A stretch of DNA of 64,000 nucleotides, from the NCBI GenBank assembly GCA_010093605.1, contig MU004194.1, forward strand, positions 658,323 to 722,322, written 5' to 3'. The first letter of the stretch is position 1, and the number at the start of each line of letters is the position of its first letter. Source of the DNA: Lophium mytilinum (taxonomy: Eukaryota). Both the position numbers and the translations under genes were made by a program. Shown here one piece after another: positions 37,756 through 47,918 of the stretch. The notes beneath the pieces were generated by a model that was given only the letters and a program-made list of their open reading frames with translations, did not search any database and was not told the DNA's origin.

Positions 37756-38185
37756 ATCATGACAGGGGAGCATTAAGGAGCTCCCTTGGGCGGTTATGGG
37801 AAGGGCATGAACTGGTTGATTGGTTGATTGGTTGGCAAGTGGGTTGGTGGAAGCTTTAGTTCGCAGCTTTCGGAATTGTATGATATTCGCAGGCGTATAA
37901 AAATTAACGAGAAAAATGACTATCCCCTGATCCGATATTGCAGTGAAGCACTCCTCCTTTGACTGGCAGGTTGACGTCGTCCGAGGTCCTGCGCTGGACA
38001 CCCCGAACTATCCTTGCTAGGCTTTGATCTTGCTCGCTCAACACCACTGAGAGGAGTAGCCCAGCTATTTAATAGCATTAGCCAGTAAGTCAAGGAGCAG
38101 TCTGATTTACACTGCTTGGAAGTTGACATCGTCCCTGAACTTTCAAGATATATGGGGGTACCCAGTGCAATTTTGCTGCAGTGTT

Positions 38186-38449
38186 GACGGCGTCTGAGGT
38201 CCTCTAATGCTCTGAAAATACTCGAATTACGATGTCAAGTCTACGCCTCTCAATTCGTGTAGTGCTCTAAAGCATTCTTGATACCCACTTGATAGCGTCT
38301 GGAGTACCCTGATGCACGAAAAATGATCTACCTAGGATGTCACACTCCATGCCTCGTGATTCGTGTAGTGCTCTAAAGCATTGTAATGTACCCTCTTAAT
38401 AGCGTCAGGAGGGCTCTAATGCACGAAAAATGATCGAGTTACGATGTCA
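38186..38449. repeat. Diverged tandem repeat, ~105-bp period, ~2.5 copies
   Basis: TTCGTGTAGTGCTCTAAAGCATT twice, ATGCACGAAAAATGATC twice, and GATGTCA three times at ~105-bp spacing. Confidence 0.8.
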
Positions 38450-38787
38450 TGTTTTAGTAAGGTTCGTGAGGCCAGAACGATTTCCTAAATGAAGGTACAG
38501 TACTAAAGCATAAGTTTGGGCATACAGATAGGATTTATTACCGCTTAGCTCGAATCTTGTTCACTCGACAACACTGTGAGGGGTGGCCTGGCTACCAGGT
38601 AGCCGGTTGGTCAAGAAGTAGCCCAATGCTCGCCCCATAAGCCTTAACATTGCGTTGGAGTAGCTCTAAGTTCGGCCACTTCGAAATACCATTTCATGAT
38701 TGCTACGTTGGAAGCTAGTTACCACCGTCAGGGGTGCCCCCGCCAGCAAGTAACTAGATTGTTAAAAGGCAGTCTAATTTACAGTGC

Positions 38788-39447
38788 TTGAACCTTGATA
38801 TGCGATTATTTTGTATCGCTTGGTTTGCATATGCTAACGACCTCAGCGATGTCCGGAAGAAGATGATGCGCCGCACGGCTGCCCTTGTCACCTATCACAA
38901 CAATCGTTCAGGTTGTGAACAGGCACAGACGGTTGCTCGATGGGCTGCGGTGAAGGAAGAGATGGAGCGCAGTGGCACCCTGTGGTGCGACTACTGTCAC
39001 AAAACTGACCATACGGCGGCCAATTACTTCGGTACTAGGCCGGAGCTTCTACAGGGATTTAAAGATCGTCAGCCGGCTCAGGCTGTTGGCCAGGAGCGCG
39101 AAGCTGTAGACCATCGACTACGCGATGCTAATAACGCCATTTCCATAACGATGCCCGCTACAACTATCATCAGCCTGGTCCGGAGCGCCGTCCGATCAAT
39201 CAAGACCGAGACAGAGACAGGCGTTCATACACAGACCGAGTCCGAGACAGAGACCACTATGCGGATCGAGACCGAGACCGAGACTACTACGCGGATCGAA
39301 ACCGAGACCGAGCCTACTACACGGATCGATCCCGACGTCACCGACATCATCCGTACTAGGAGTGTTTGTGAATGGACGGGTTATGTAACCTACCCAGCAT
39401 CAGTGCGAGCATGTTCTTCTTCTTCAATCATGCGGGTACTTATATAG
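38788..39447 (+). pseudogene. Degenerate zinc-knuckle protein with 30-bp repeat tail (probably frameshifted)
   Basis: CDYCHKTDHTAANY matches C-x2-C-x4-H-x4-C with the last Cys replaced by Tyr. The tandem 30-bp repeats read as an RD-rich sequence ending RHHPY* in another frame. Confidence 0.45.
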
Positions 39448-39465
39448 AGAATCAAAACTTGTGCT

Positions 39466-39950
39466 GGTACTATTACACCAGTTATAGGTTTGGGTACACC
39501 GAGATATGACTTCTTTGGCTTCGCTGTTGCGCCTTTGATACCACTGTAAGGAGCACCCGGTGTAGCCTGTCTCTAGTTAGTCAAAGGGTAGCACAGTTTC
39601 CACTGCGTTGACTCTTACATCATATCTTGAGTTTCTAGAGCTCTTCGAGGTACCTCAAGCGGTGCTAGGTGAACGCACACAAGCCTAGAGCGTGTACAGT
39701 ACTACATTATAAGTTAGGCACACAGACATATGCCTGCTCAAGCTTCGTCGTTGCTCTCTCTACACCGCTGTCAGGAGTGCTCCAGGTAGCTCGTCTATGA
39801 ATAGTCAAAAAGCAGGGTAATTTCTAATGCGTTGACTCTTACATTAACAAGCTTCAGAGATCGTCGGCGTACCTCACCCAGTTGTAAGGAGTGCCAACAC
39901 CTATGTCTTGGTACTGCATATCGCCAGTTTACAAGTTTGGGTGCACACCC
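39466..39950. repeat. Diverged tandem duplication, ~225-bp period
   Basis: TGCGTTGACTCTTACAT at ~39604 and ~39828. GTACT..AGTT..GG..CAC blocks near 39466, 39698 and 39910. Confidence 0.6.
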
Positions 39951-40280
39951 GTTTACCACTAGAGGAAGCCTGATATGAAGGGAGTGCCTGAAAGCAGCAG
40001 TTCGCTGGCGAACATTAATCAATCGCGAGCTGTTTGCAGGCTATGCGTTACAGTGCTAAGTCATAACTATAGGAATACATATCTATAGATTATCCCTGCA
40101 TAGCTCTAATCATGTTCACTTAACATCATCTTAAGGATTAGCCCAGCCAGTAGAGACGGGTGTGCAAAGAGATTTGACTTGTCACTGCTTCAAAATAAGA
40201 GCTACTCGAACTCTCCGAATATCTGAGCTTAAGCTGAAGTGCTGATACTTCGACTCCAACTTTGATTCAGCTATCGAAAC

Positions 40281-41924
40281 TCAAAAGGGAATCTCGCCAC
40301 GACTTCGCGTGCAAAAATCGCATTTGCAATATGGTTCAATGATTGCAAGGTCAGCATCTAGTGGATCAATGTCAGATCCAACCACTGCTGGCTGGTGGTC
40401 GCAAGTTTCCCTCATCCTTGGGACATCTGGTGCCATGTCTGCAAGAAGCCGTTGAAAGATGGAGAAAACGTAGTCTCGTGGCAAACCTCTATGTTCGAAA
40501 TTTCGGGGAATCTTATCCTTTGCCAACACGTTGCGACCGCGGAAAAGGTACCGCTCCCATTTCCAGTCCTCAAAGTGTAACACTGAACGTGCTGCTATGC
40601 GCCAGGATGGCGTGTCCCGCAGCTGTAAATTGCAGAAGGCCCGTTCCAGCGGCGATTGAGGGAGCGGAGAGAACCCAAATCGAGGTGCTATAAGCCAAAG
40701 CTGATCTAGATCCCAGCCATTCGCAAGTTGCTTGAATACAAGGTCCCAAACGTCGGGATCGGCACCTTGCAGAACGACATAGCCCAATCCCAGCCGGCGA
40801 ATCGTTGGAAACATAGCAAGCCAGCCCATGAGGTCTTCCTCTGTCGTGCGGAACCCACAGTTCGAGTTTGGGAACTGCAAGCGGAGCTCTTGCAAGTTTG
40901 ACAACGCGATGATGCTAGTAATCTCTCGGATTGGACGAGGAAGATCGGGTATGTGACCCTCGGGACACTGGAATTGTACTTCGAGGGATTCGAGCTGACT
41001 TGCTGCATTAAGGAAGCGCCGCAAGCCTCCTACATATTGGCTAGGGGTCTCCTCATACCAGATTGTTATAGACAGTTTTCTGAGGTTCTTGAAGGCGCTT
41101 TCTATGAGACCTCTTCGTAAGTTAACCAGCATTGGCAATGAGATACCGAGAGTGTCGTCTGCCGGAGTAAGAAAGCGCTCGAGCTTCACTTTAGCGTGGA
41201 TGAGAGCTACGAGAAGGTTCAGAAGAGCTGTGTTCCGAGCTGGATGCATTCCGGGATTGTAGAAACGTCTGGGGTAGTGGTACCTGTCATGCATAGTGTT
41301 CCTGAACAACGTGAAACTACGTAGCTTCTTTTCGTCAACGACCCAGCCCGGGATGTGACCAGCACCTTGTGGGTTAAGCCGAATTTCTCGAAGCTTGAAG
41401 AAACTCGAAAGGATAGTGACGAGATCCATTAGTAACGCACCGGACTCCCAGAACTGGTCTTGGTCTTCGCGGCATGTTTTGAATTCAAGGCCATGCGAAA
41501 TGTATTCGGGGTCCGCTGGATTAGGAACCGTCACCATGGCGAGGCTATACCCGACTCTGACTGGGCCTTCGAATACTGCACGATTTGAAAAGCGGGACCC
41601 ATTGAAAGAGAGGGTTTTCACCCATGGGCGAACCCGTTCGTCCTTGGAGATGCGCTTGAGTTCATCAATACTAGATCGAGTGAAATAGAAAGGTCTCTCG
41701 GCGATGACTTTTGCGAACGACCCCCAGCATTGGCTGTGAAACGCACAAGATATCAATCGCGCATTCAGTATGTCGGCTCGGGATTCTTTGCTTAGCTTTG
41801 GAAACCTTTCAAAAGGAGTTGACTGGTAGTCCTCTAAGCCAGCAAACACCCCGGGTAATAACTCAATGGGCAGTCTTCGGAAAAGAGTGCGTCGGACTTC
41901 CGTGGGAAGAACAAGATTACTCAT
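40281..41924 (-). CDS. Hypothetical F-box-like / LRR(RNI)-like protein
   Basis: 547-aa intronless ORF. RRLPIELL..NARLISCAF near the N-terminus, then repeated LxxLxL (LRKLSI, LESLEV, LQELRL, IRRLGL). Confidence 0.7.
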   Translation of the reverse strand: MSNLVLPTEVRRTLFRRLPIELLPGVFAGLEDYQSTPFERFPKLSKESRADILNARLISCAFHSQCWGSFAKVIAERPFYFTRSSIDELKRISKDERVRPWVKTLSFNGSRFSNRAVFEGPVRVGYSLAMVTVPNPADPEYISHGLEFKTCREDQDQFWESGALLMDLVTILSSFFKLREIRLNPQGAGHIPGWVVDEKKLRSFTLFRNTMHDRYHYPRRFYNPGMHPARNTALLNLLVALIHAKVKLERFLTPADDTLGISLPMLVNLRRGLIESAFKNLRKLSITIWYEETPSQYVGGLRRFLNAASQLESLEVQFQCPEGHIPDLPRPIREITSIIALSNLQELRLQFPNSNCGFRTTEEDLMGWLAMFPTIRRLGLGYVVLQGADPDVWDLVFKQLANGWDLDQLWLIAPRFGFSPLPQSPLERAFCNLQLRDTPSWRIAARSVLHFEDWKWERYLFRGRNVLAKDKIPRNFEHRGLPRDYVFSIFQRLLADMAPDVPRMRETCDHQPAVVGSDIDPLDADLAIIEPYCKCDFCTRSRGEIPF

Positions 41925-42810
41925 ATTGGGCTGCTGCCAAGAGTCTGAATGAATGTTCTCGATTTTTAGTGCACTAAGAATCTGGTTGATTCTGAAAACT
42001 AGACCTATAATAGTACTTTGGCTTAAGTATACTTAACATAACGGAATTTGAAGTGAAGGTACACAACGTCACCATGAAACTTGTCAGTGGCTTGAGCAGC
42101 CTTGTATGTGAAGCGACAAACCACCGGGGCATGACAAGTTGGTTCATACGTGACATTGCACAGCTCATATTCGAACGCAGAAGTTCGCTGGCGAGCACTG
42201 ATAGTAATCCGTTTGCAGGAGGTGCGTTACAGTGCTAGGCCATGAGATGTCCTTCGGCTGCATCCTTGGCTGCTTTTCGAACTGTGTTTAGCACTCGCAG
42301 AGTTGTACGCGCTGTCAATGACGGCCCCATCCTAGAGCAAGGCTGCAGTTGACGTGTGCGCGTATGCCGCTGCTTGGGGTCTCTCAATGTATTTTCGGAA
42401 CTCTGGAGGAGATAGAAAGCCTTTACATTGGGGGAAGTGAAAAGTCGTTGAAGCACTTCCAGCAGTGCCAGACAGCTGCACACACTGGAAGGAGTGCTTG
42501 ATAAGTATGTCACTTTTTCCATGCCCAGCGTGGCGTTTTCGGCGGCTTTCCACGAGGTAAGGTGACATCCAAGCTGAGGCGCGGATTTTGAAGCTTCCAT
42601 GAACGAGATCTGTCCTGCGGTTGATGGAGTCAAGGTATAGCTTGAATAGCCGGTCTTTCATGAAGGGGGATCAAGAGCCCTCGATCGCTGTCACGAATGC
42701 GAGACAGCGTTCTCAAGCCACGACGAAGACTTTGATACGCAACCACGCCTCTTGCCCGGACAAATTCTGCACTCTTTGGTCAGCCTCGTTGAACATTCGT
42801 AGCATCTATG

Positions 42811-43709
42811 TTAGCGTTCCTGTAGAGAGAGAGTCACCATACCATCTAACCCAAAAGCCTGCCAAAGCGTCGCCACGCTCCCCGCCACCACAAACCCGAG
42901 CGGCATGATCTGGCCCACCGTCCACGCATCCTCCGACTGCGCGAGGAGCGGCTCTAGCCACGGGTAGATCCAGAAACTCACATACAGTCCGGCCCCAATG
43001 CCGATCGTTGGGATAGCCAGCAGAACGAGGATGGGTAAAGTTCGCCAGGTTTTGATATCAAAGTTCCAATACCGGCGTTGAGCCGGACTCCATGATTCGC
43101 GGTTACAAACGCTTACGGCTATGCATAAGGAGATGCCGACGGTCCACAGTATCCACATAGGCCAGTACCGCTCGTGCGCTAGACTCTGCGGATAGCACTC
43201 CGGTTTCTCCGCGATGGCGCTGGTAAGCTGGGTTTGGTAGTCCACCATGACTAATATCGCAAGCACGAAATACGCCACGATGACAGGAATCTGAAATACG
43301 GTCTCCGTGAAGTAATCTGGCACAACGATAGCGGTCAAGACGGTAGACCACCCGCTTAGTCCGGCGGTGTTGAGGATGAAGTGGACGTGGAACCAATCCT
43401 TGCTCTCGCGTTTCGATAGCGCGATGGAGAGCATAACGATAGCAGCAGCAACTTGCAGTGCATTGAGTTTCGAGACTGCGTCTTCGATTTTGGCGATAGT
43501 GGACCTCTTGGTTCGGGCGCGAGGGATTGTCCAGATGAAGGAGAGTGCGAGAATTAGGAGGACGGGGATGACTACGGAAAGGCGGACCTAGGGAACATGT
43601 TTCAGCTGAAGCCGACTGGAAGAAATGCCCTTCTAGAGCTTACACCTGGACCAGTGAGATCTGGGTCGTCGGCAAGTTTGCAATGATGATTTGTACGCAC
43701 TAGTGACAT
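42811..43709 (-). CDS. Multi-pass membrane protein of unknown function (3' end uncertain)
   Basis: Exon 1 MSLVRTNHHCKLADDPDLTGPG, intron 43643-43588, then VRLS. Several TM helices and WTVGQIM, resembling the DPDIxGxGVR..WxxGQ pattern of fungal membrane proteins. Confidence 0.7.
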
Positions 43710-45875
43710 TGCCGCTCCGTTCAGATACAGCACCAAGATATAAGATTTGGCGCTTCCTGCAACTGCGTGGAGCACCCCGATAGACTTTTAAAACTCCAGG
43801 TAAGATGTGAAGGCAACAGTAGCGGATATTAAACTACCTTTGAACGAAGCTAATCCCACTGGCTAAGGTGCTCCTCACAGTGGCGTTGAACGACCAAGAC
43901 TAGGGCCGGAGCAGTGCTGTATCGGTGTGGTTGAACTTATGACCTAGTACTGTATGCATTGCGTGGTTTGAAGATGAAAAAGCTAAAAGTTTACGAGAGA
44001 CTGACGTTCTGTGAGAAGAAGGACGACAAAATGCTGTTCTTATAAGGATCTTTTGATCGTGAACTGCTCATATGACTTTGCGAATGACGGTTGTCTCTGT
44101 TGCCTCAACTGCGGCTCAGAGACGGCCTCCATAAGGCGGCGCATGGGGTCGAAGACATTTTGTAAGTAACGGGGAGCAAGTGAGGCGGCGAAGCTGAGAA
44201 AAAGCAAAAGCCACCAATGTTTCAGAGTTCCAGATCTAGCAGCTTGAACGCCATGTGGCTTTGTGGCTGTCCAGTAGCTGGACGCTAGGCTAAGAAGGTA
44301 TGCCTGAAGCTGTAATAAGCGTCCAGCAACTGCCAAAATGCTCTTTACTTCGGGTTTCTTGAGGAAGTGGAGACGAAAATCGGGCAATGTCATAGAATGT
44401 GTTGAGATTTAGTCAGTAGACGGCAGGCGACTATGTGTACTGTGTATAATCAGCAAAATTTTGACGGATATAATTCGTTACTTTGCAGGAATATATGTTC
44501 AATGAGCATAGTACTGAGCCATTAGTAGCAGTGAGTGAAGTAGCAGTGTGATTTGCGATGCATGGAGCCTGACGTTACACCTAGGTGTTTGAAATCTATG
44601 GGGGGTACCTCAAACAGTGGTAAACAGGTGTGCACCGACTTATGCCATGTCCCTGTACGTGGCCATTTCGAGGCATCACGCGGATTGCGTGAAATGAGAG
44701 CACTATTCGCCGAACAAGAGGGCGACGAGAGCTGGAGGATGACTATCCATTCTAGGACTACGACATGGACCATGGAGATGATGCAGAAAGCGTTGTTTTC
44801 TCAAATGATGGAGGTGGTGTTTGAGAGATGATAGCCCTGTAGCTGAGTAAGGGACGAAGTCTTCGGCTCTCCGCGATCATGTGAGATGTTCGGAACTTTG
44901 CCTGCGAATGGAAGGCGTCATATATTTAATATACAGACTGGAAACCCTCATATCCAGTATCTAATGCCCAAAATCATGTTGTAAGGTTTGTCACACCTAC
45001 CTTAATCACCTATATCACGTGAGTGAATGAGGCATTTTGCGGTAGTTGGAGTTGAATAGCCACCAACCATCACCAAATATCTCCCCAAGCACTATTTCGC
45101 TACCGGCAGCTAAGAATTAATCAACTCATCGCCATGGATATAAATCAGCCGGATAGTCCCTCCTGAAGCTGAAACATCTCTTCTCGCTTTTGCTTGCCCT
45201 TGCTCGGAAGATGAAATAAGGAGGTCGAAGGACCCGGATACCACACCCAGAATGCACCCCAGCCATCACCTAGACAGCAGTCTGTGCGCTCGCTTTCACC
45301 CCAACTTCTGAAACCTGTTGATATTGATAACAAGGTAGTTCGATTGGAAGGGCTCCAATTCGCAGTCTCCCTAGCTTTATATCTCATTCAGGTTTCTGGC
45401 AAGGCACCTGGGCGCCTCGGACACCGACAAACAGGTATACGCAGGCTTGCTGTACAGCAGCGCCACCCGGCCGGGTCCAAGATACGAGAGTCCCGGAAAC
45501 GTCAGAGTAAACTGAACGAGCGGCTGAGCGCCAAAGTCGAGCTCTCAAGCATTGTAAGCTCAGTTCCCATCAATCACAAAGCATGAAGAGAGATAAGCGG
45601 AGTGAACCAATATCATTAACATTATAACTCCTCCACGACCACCATTTCGACCCCACAAGGCCCTAGAAACCGACATTTGCTGAAAGAACATGGACGAAAG
45701 GCTCAAAAACTCCATATATGCACCCGCCGCCACCTCGTTTATACAATAAGCCCGGAAATGCCCACGCCAGCTCCATGGGAGTCCAACGGGTTTAGACAAC
45801 AAAGAGATTCGTGTCACATAACCACTGTTCTTAGGTTAGTAAACACACTTCGCCACCTCAGCTGCAGCCGGTAGG

Positions 45876-47918
45876 CTACGACCTCGGCGCGTCAATCAGC
45901 ATCGACATCGGCTCGGAACGCCTCTTCAGGCCCGAGTCGCCCATGTCGAAGGCCGTGATCGAGTTCTCGTACGTGTCCCAGCTCTTGCAGCCGTTCTTGA
46001 AGTCGTCGAGGCTGCCAATGGAGCCTAGAATCTCAGACTCCCGTTCTAAGAACTGCAGACCAAGACCTGCGGAGATGTGGAACGGAATGTGGCAATGCAT
46101 GAGCCACGCGCCAGGGTTATCAGACTCAAAGGCGAGAATGAGGTAGCCGTTGGCGGGCAGTGTGGCGGTGTCACGGCGAATGGGGTTGGTGAGGGAGAGG
46201 GTGGACACATCACCGCCCCACTGGCCGGAACCTTGGCCGAGAACGTAGAAGTCGTGACCGTGGAGATGGATGGCTGGGAAAAGTATTAGTATTGGGGTTC
46301 ATGCATATTAGGATGATGGTTACTTACGATGTGGCAGAGGTGGGTCGTCAGCGGCAGCTTGGATCATCCAGTATTGCCAGCCAGCGCCAACCGTATAAAC
46401 ATTGTCTGTGGCAGGGAAGCTGGTGTTGCCGTCAATCACGTACTGCAGAGTCGGCTTTTCCCAGTCAATGAGGATGGCAGTCGAGTTGATGAGCCATTGC
46501 ACAAGATTGTTCTTGGCGGCAGTTTGACTGAAAGTGAGTCCTAGCTTCTTGGGCAGCTGGGACGGGACGTTGGTCTTCACATATGGCACGACGTTGGTCT
46601 CGTCGCCGCAACCCGTAGGTAGAGTGATACCGGAGGAGTTCGGGTTGCCAGCGGGAGCACCGACGTAGGAAAAGATGCTCCTGATGTTAGCGGCGTTGGC
46701 GTTGGGGCCGTCGCATTGGCCTCCACCCGTGCCAACGCGGAGCCAGTAGTTGGCGACAGTGTTGTTGGCATTGATAATGACGTCGTATCGTTGTCCTGTT
46801 AAGAGCGGATTAGCGTCGGTTCGGGAAATGGAGTGGGTCACGGGTGTTTCACGGGATCACGCGATGAGGTGGGGGTATTGGGATGGGGTCTGTGCGCAAG
46901 GATTGACTTACCAACGCCAAGCACGATCGAAGTCGTGGTGTAGGGCACGATCGGAACGAAATCTGCAGCGATAACCGTGAAGGGATGGCTGTCGAGAGAG
47001 ACGTGGAGGAATTGGTTGATTCCGGTGTTCACAATGCGCAGAAGATGCTTCTTCCCGGGTGTCAGGGTGGTCTTGGCGTAGGCGCCTCCCGAAGAGGAGG
47101 TCATAGACCCGTTTACGAGGATGTTATCAGAAGTCGGTGGGCCACCAGCGTGCAGTGCGGCCGCATTGACAGTGAAAGCGGGTGTGTGGAACCAATCAGT
47201 GATTGGCAATGGTCCAAGGTCGATATCGTAATTGGCGGTAGCAGGTCCGTTGATCTGGATGGTGCCGACAATTCCTTCCGCGTATTGGACAGAGTAATGA
47301 GAGTGATACCAGGAAGTGCCGTATTGCGTAGCTTGGAATGTGTATGTCTTCGTCTGTCCCGGAGCAATCGGGCATTCAGTGAGACCGTTCGTGCCATCCA
47401 TCTGGTTGCTGTGCAGCTGACGCAGACCGTGCCAATGGATGCTAGTGCCGTTGTTCTCGAGTTGATTGATGACAGTGATGCTTAGAGTGTCGCCCCAGTC
47501 TGCAGTGATAACAGGCCCAGGGTACTGGTTGTTAATAAGCATCATGGGCCTCCCGAAGCCATCGGGAGCGAAGTTTGTGACATTGGTGATGGTTAGGGTG
47601 TACTATCCAGCGTTAGAACCACTGATCCCAAAATCTGAAGCATGGTAGCCTTACTGTTCGCGTAACTCCTGTGGTGGGCCACTTCAAGTCCATGTCGGTA
47701 GACACACTGTAGCCATTGGACCAGCAGCTTCGTGTCCGGGCGGCGTTCTTGCAGGTCGAGTCGCGAAGATGAATATCAGAAACCTCGCTGAAGTGAGAAC
47801 TGTCACGCCCTGAGATGCCGTCCCTTTTCCATGGGACCTCGACTCTGGGGAGAGCGGCGACGAGGAGGGAGGGTGCAAGCAAGGCCAATAGGCCTGCTTG
47901 TTTAACGATCGCAAGCAT
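45876..47918 (-). CDS. Secreted laccase / multicopper oxidase (AA1), multi-exon
   Basis: Signal peptide. Copper motifs HWHG, WYHSH, HP|IHLHGH and HCHIPFHISAGL. C-terminal DSGL followed by a short extension. Confidence 0.95.

Noticed and set aside
38186..38449. CRISPR-like repeat-spacer pattern
   Set aside because: This is eukaryotic DNA, the intervening segments resemble each other, and there are no cas genes. It is a tandem repeat.
44040..45600. Short ORFs between the membrane-protein gene and the laccase
   Set aside because: No motifs or supportable splicing; left unannotated.
25665..47918. P450, MFS transporter and laccase as one secondary-metabolite cluster with the DUF3328
   Set aside because: There is no PKS, NRPS or terpene synthase in the window, the transporter is a sugar porter, and unrelated genes intervene. 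Only the DUF3328/precursor pair has positional support.
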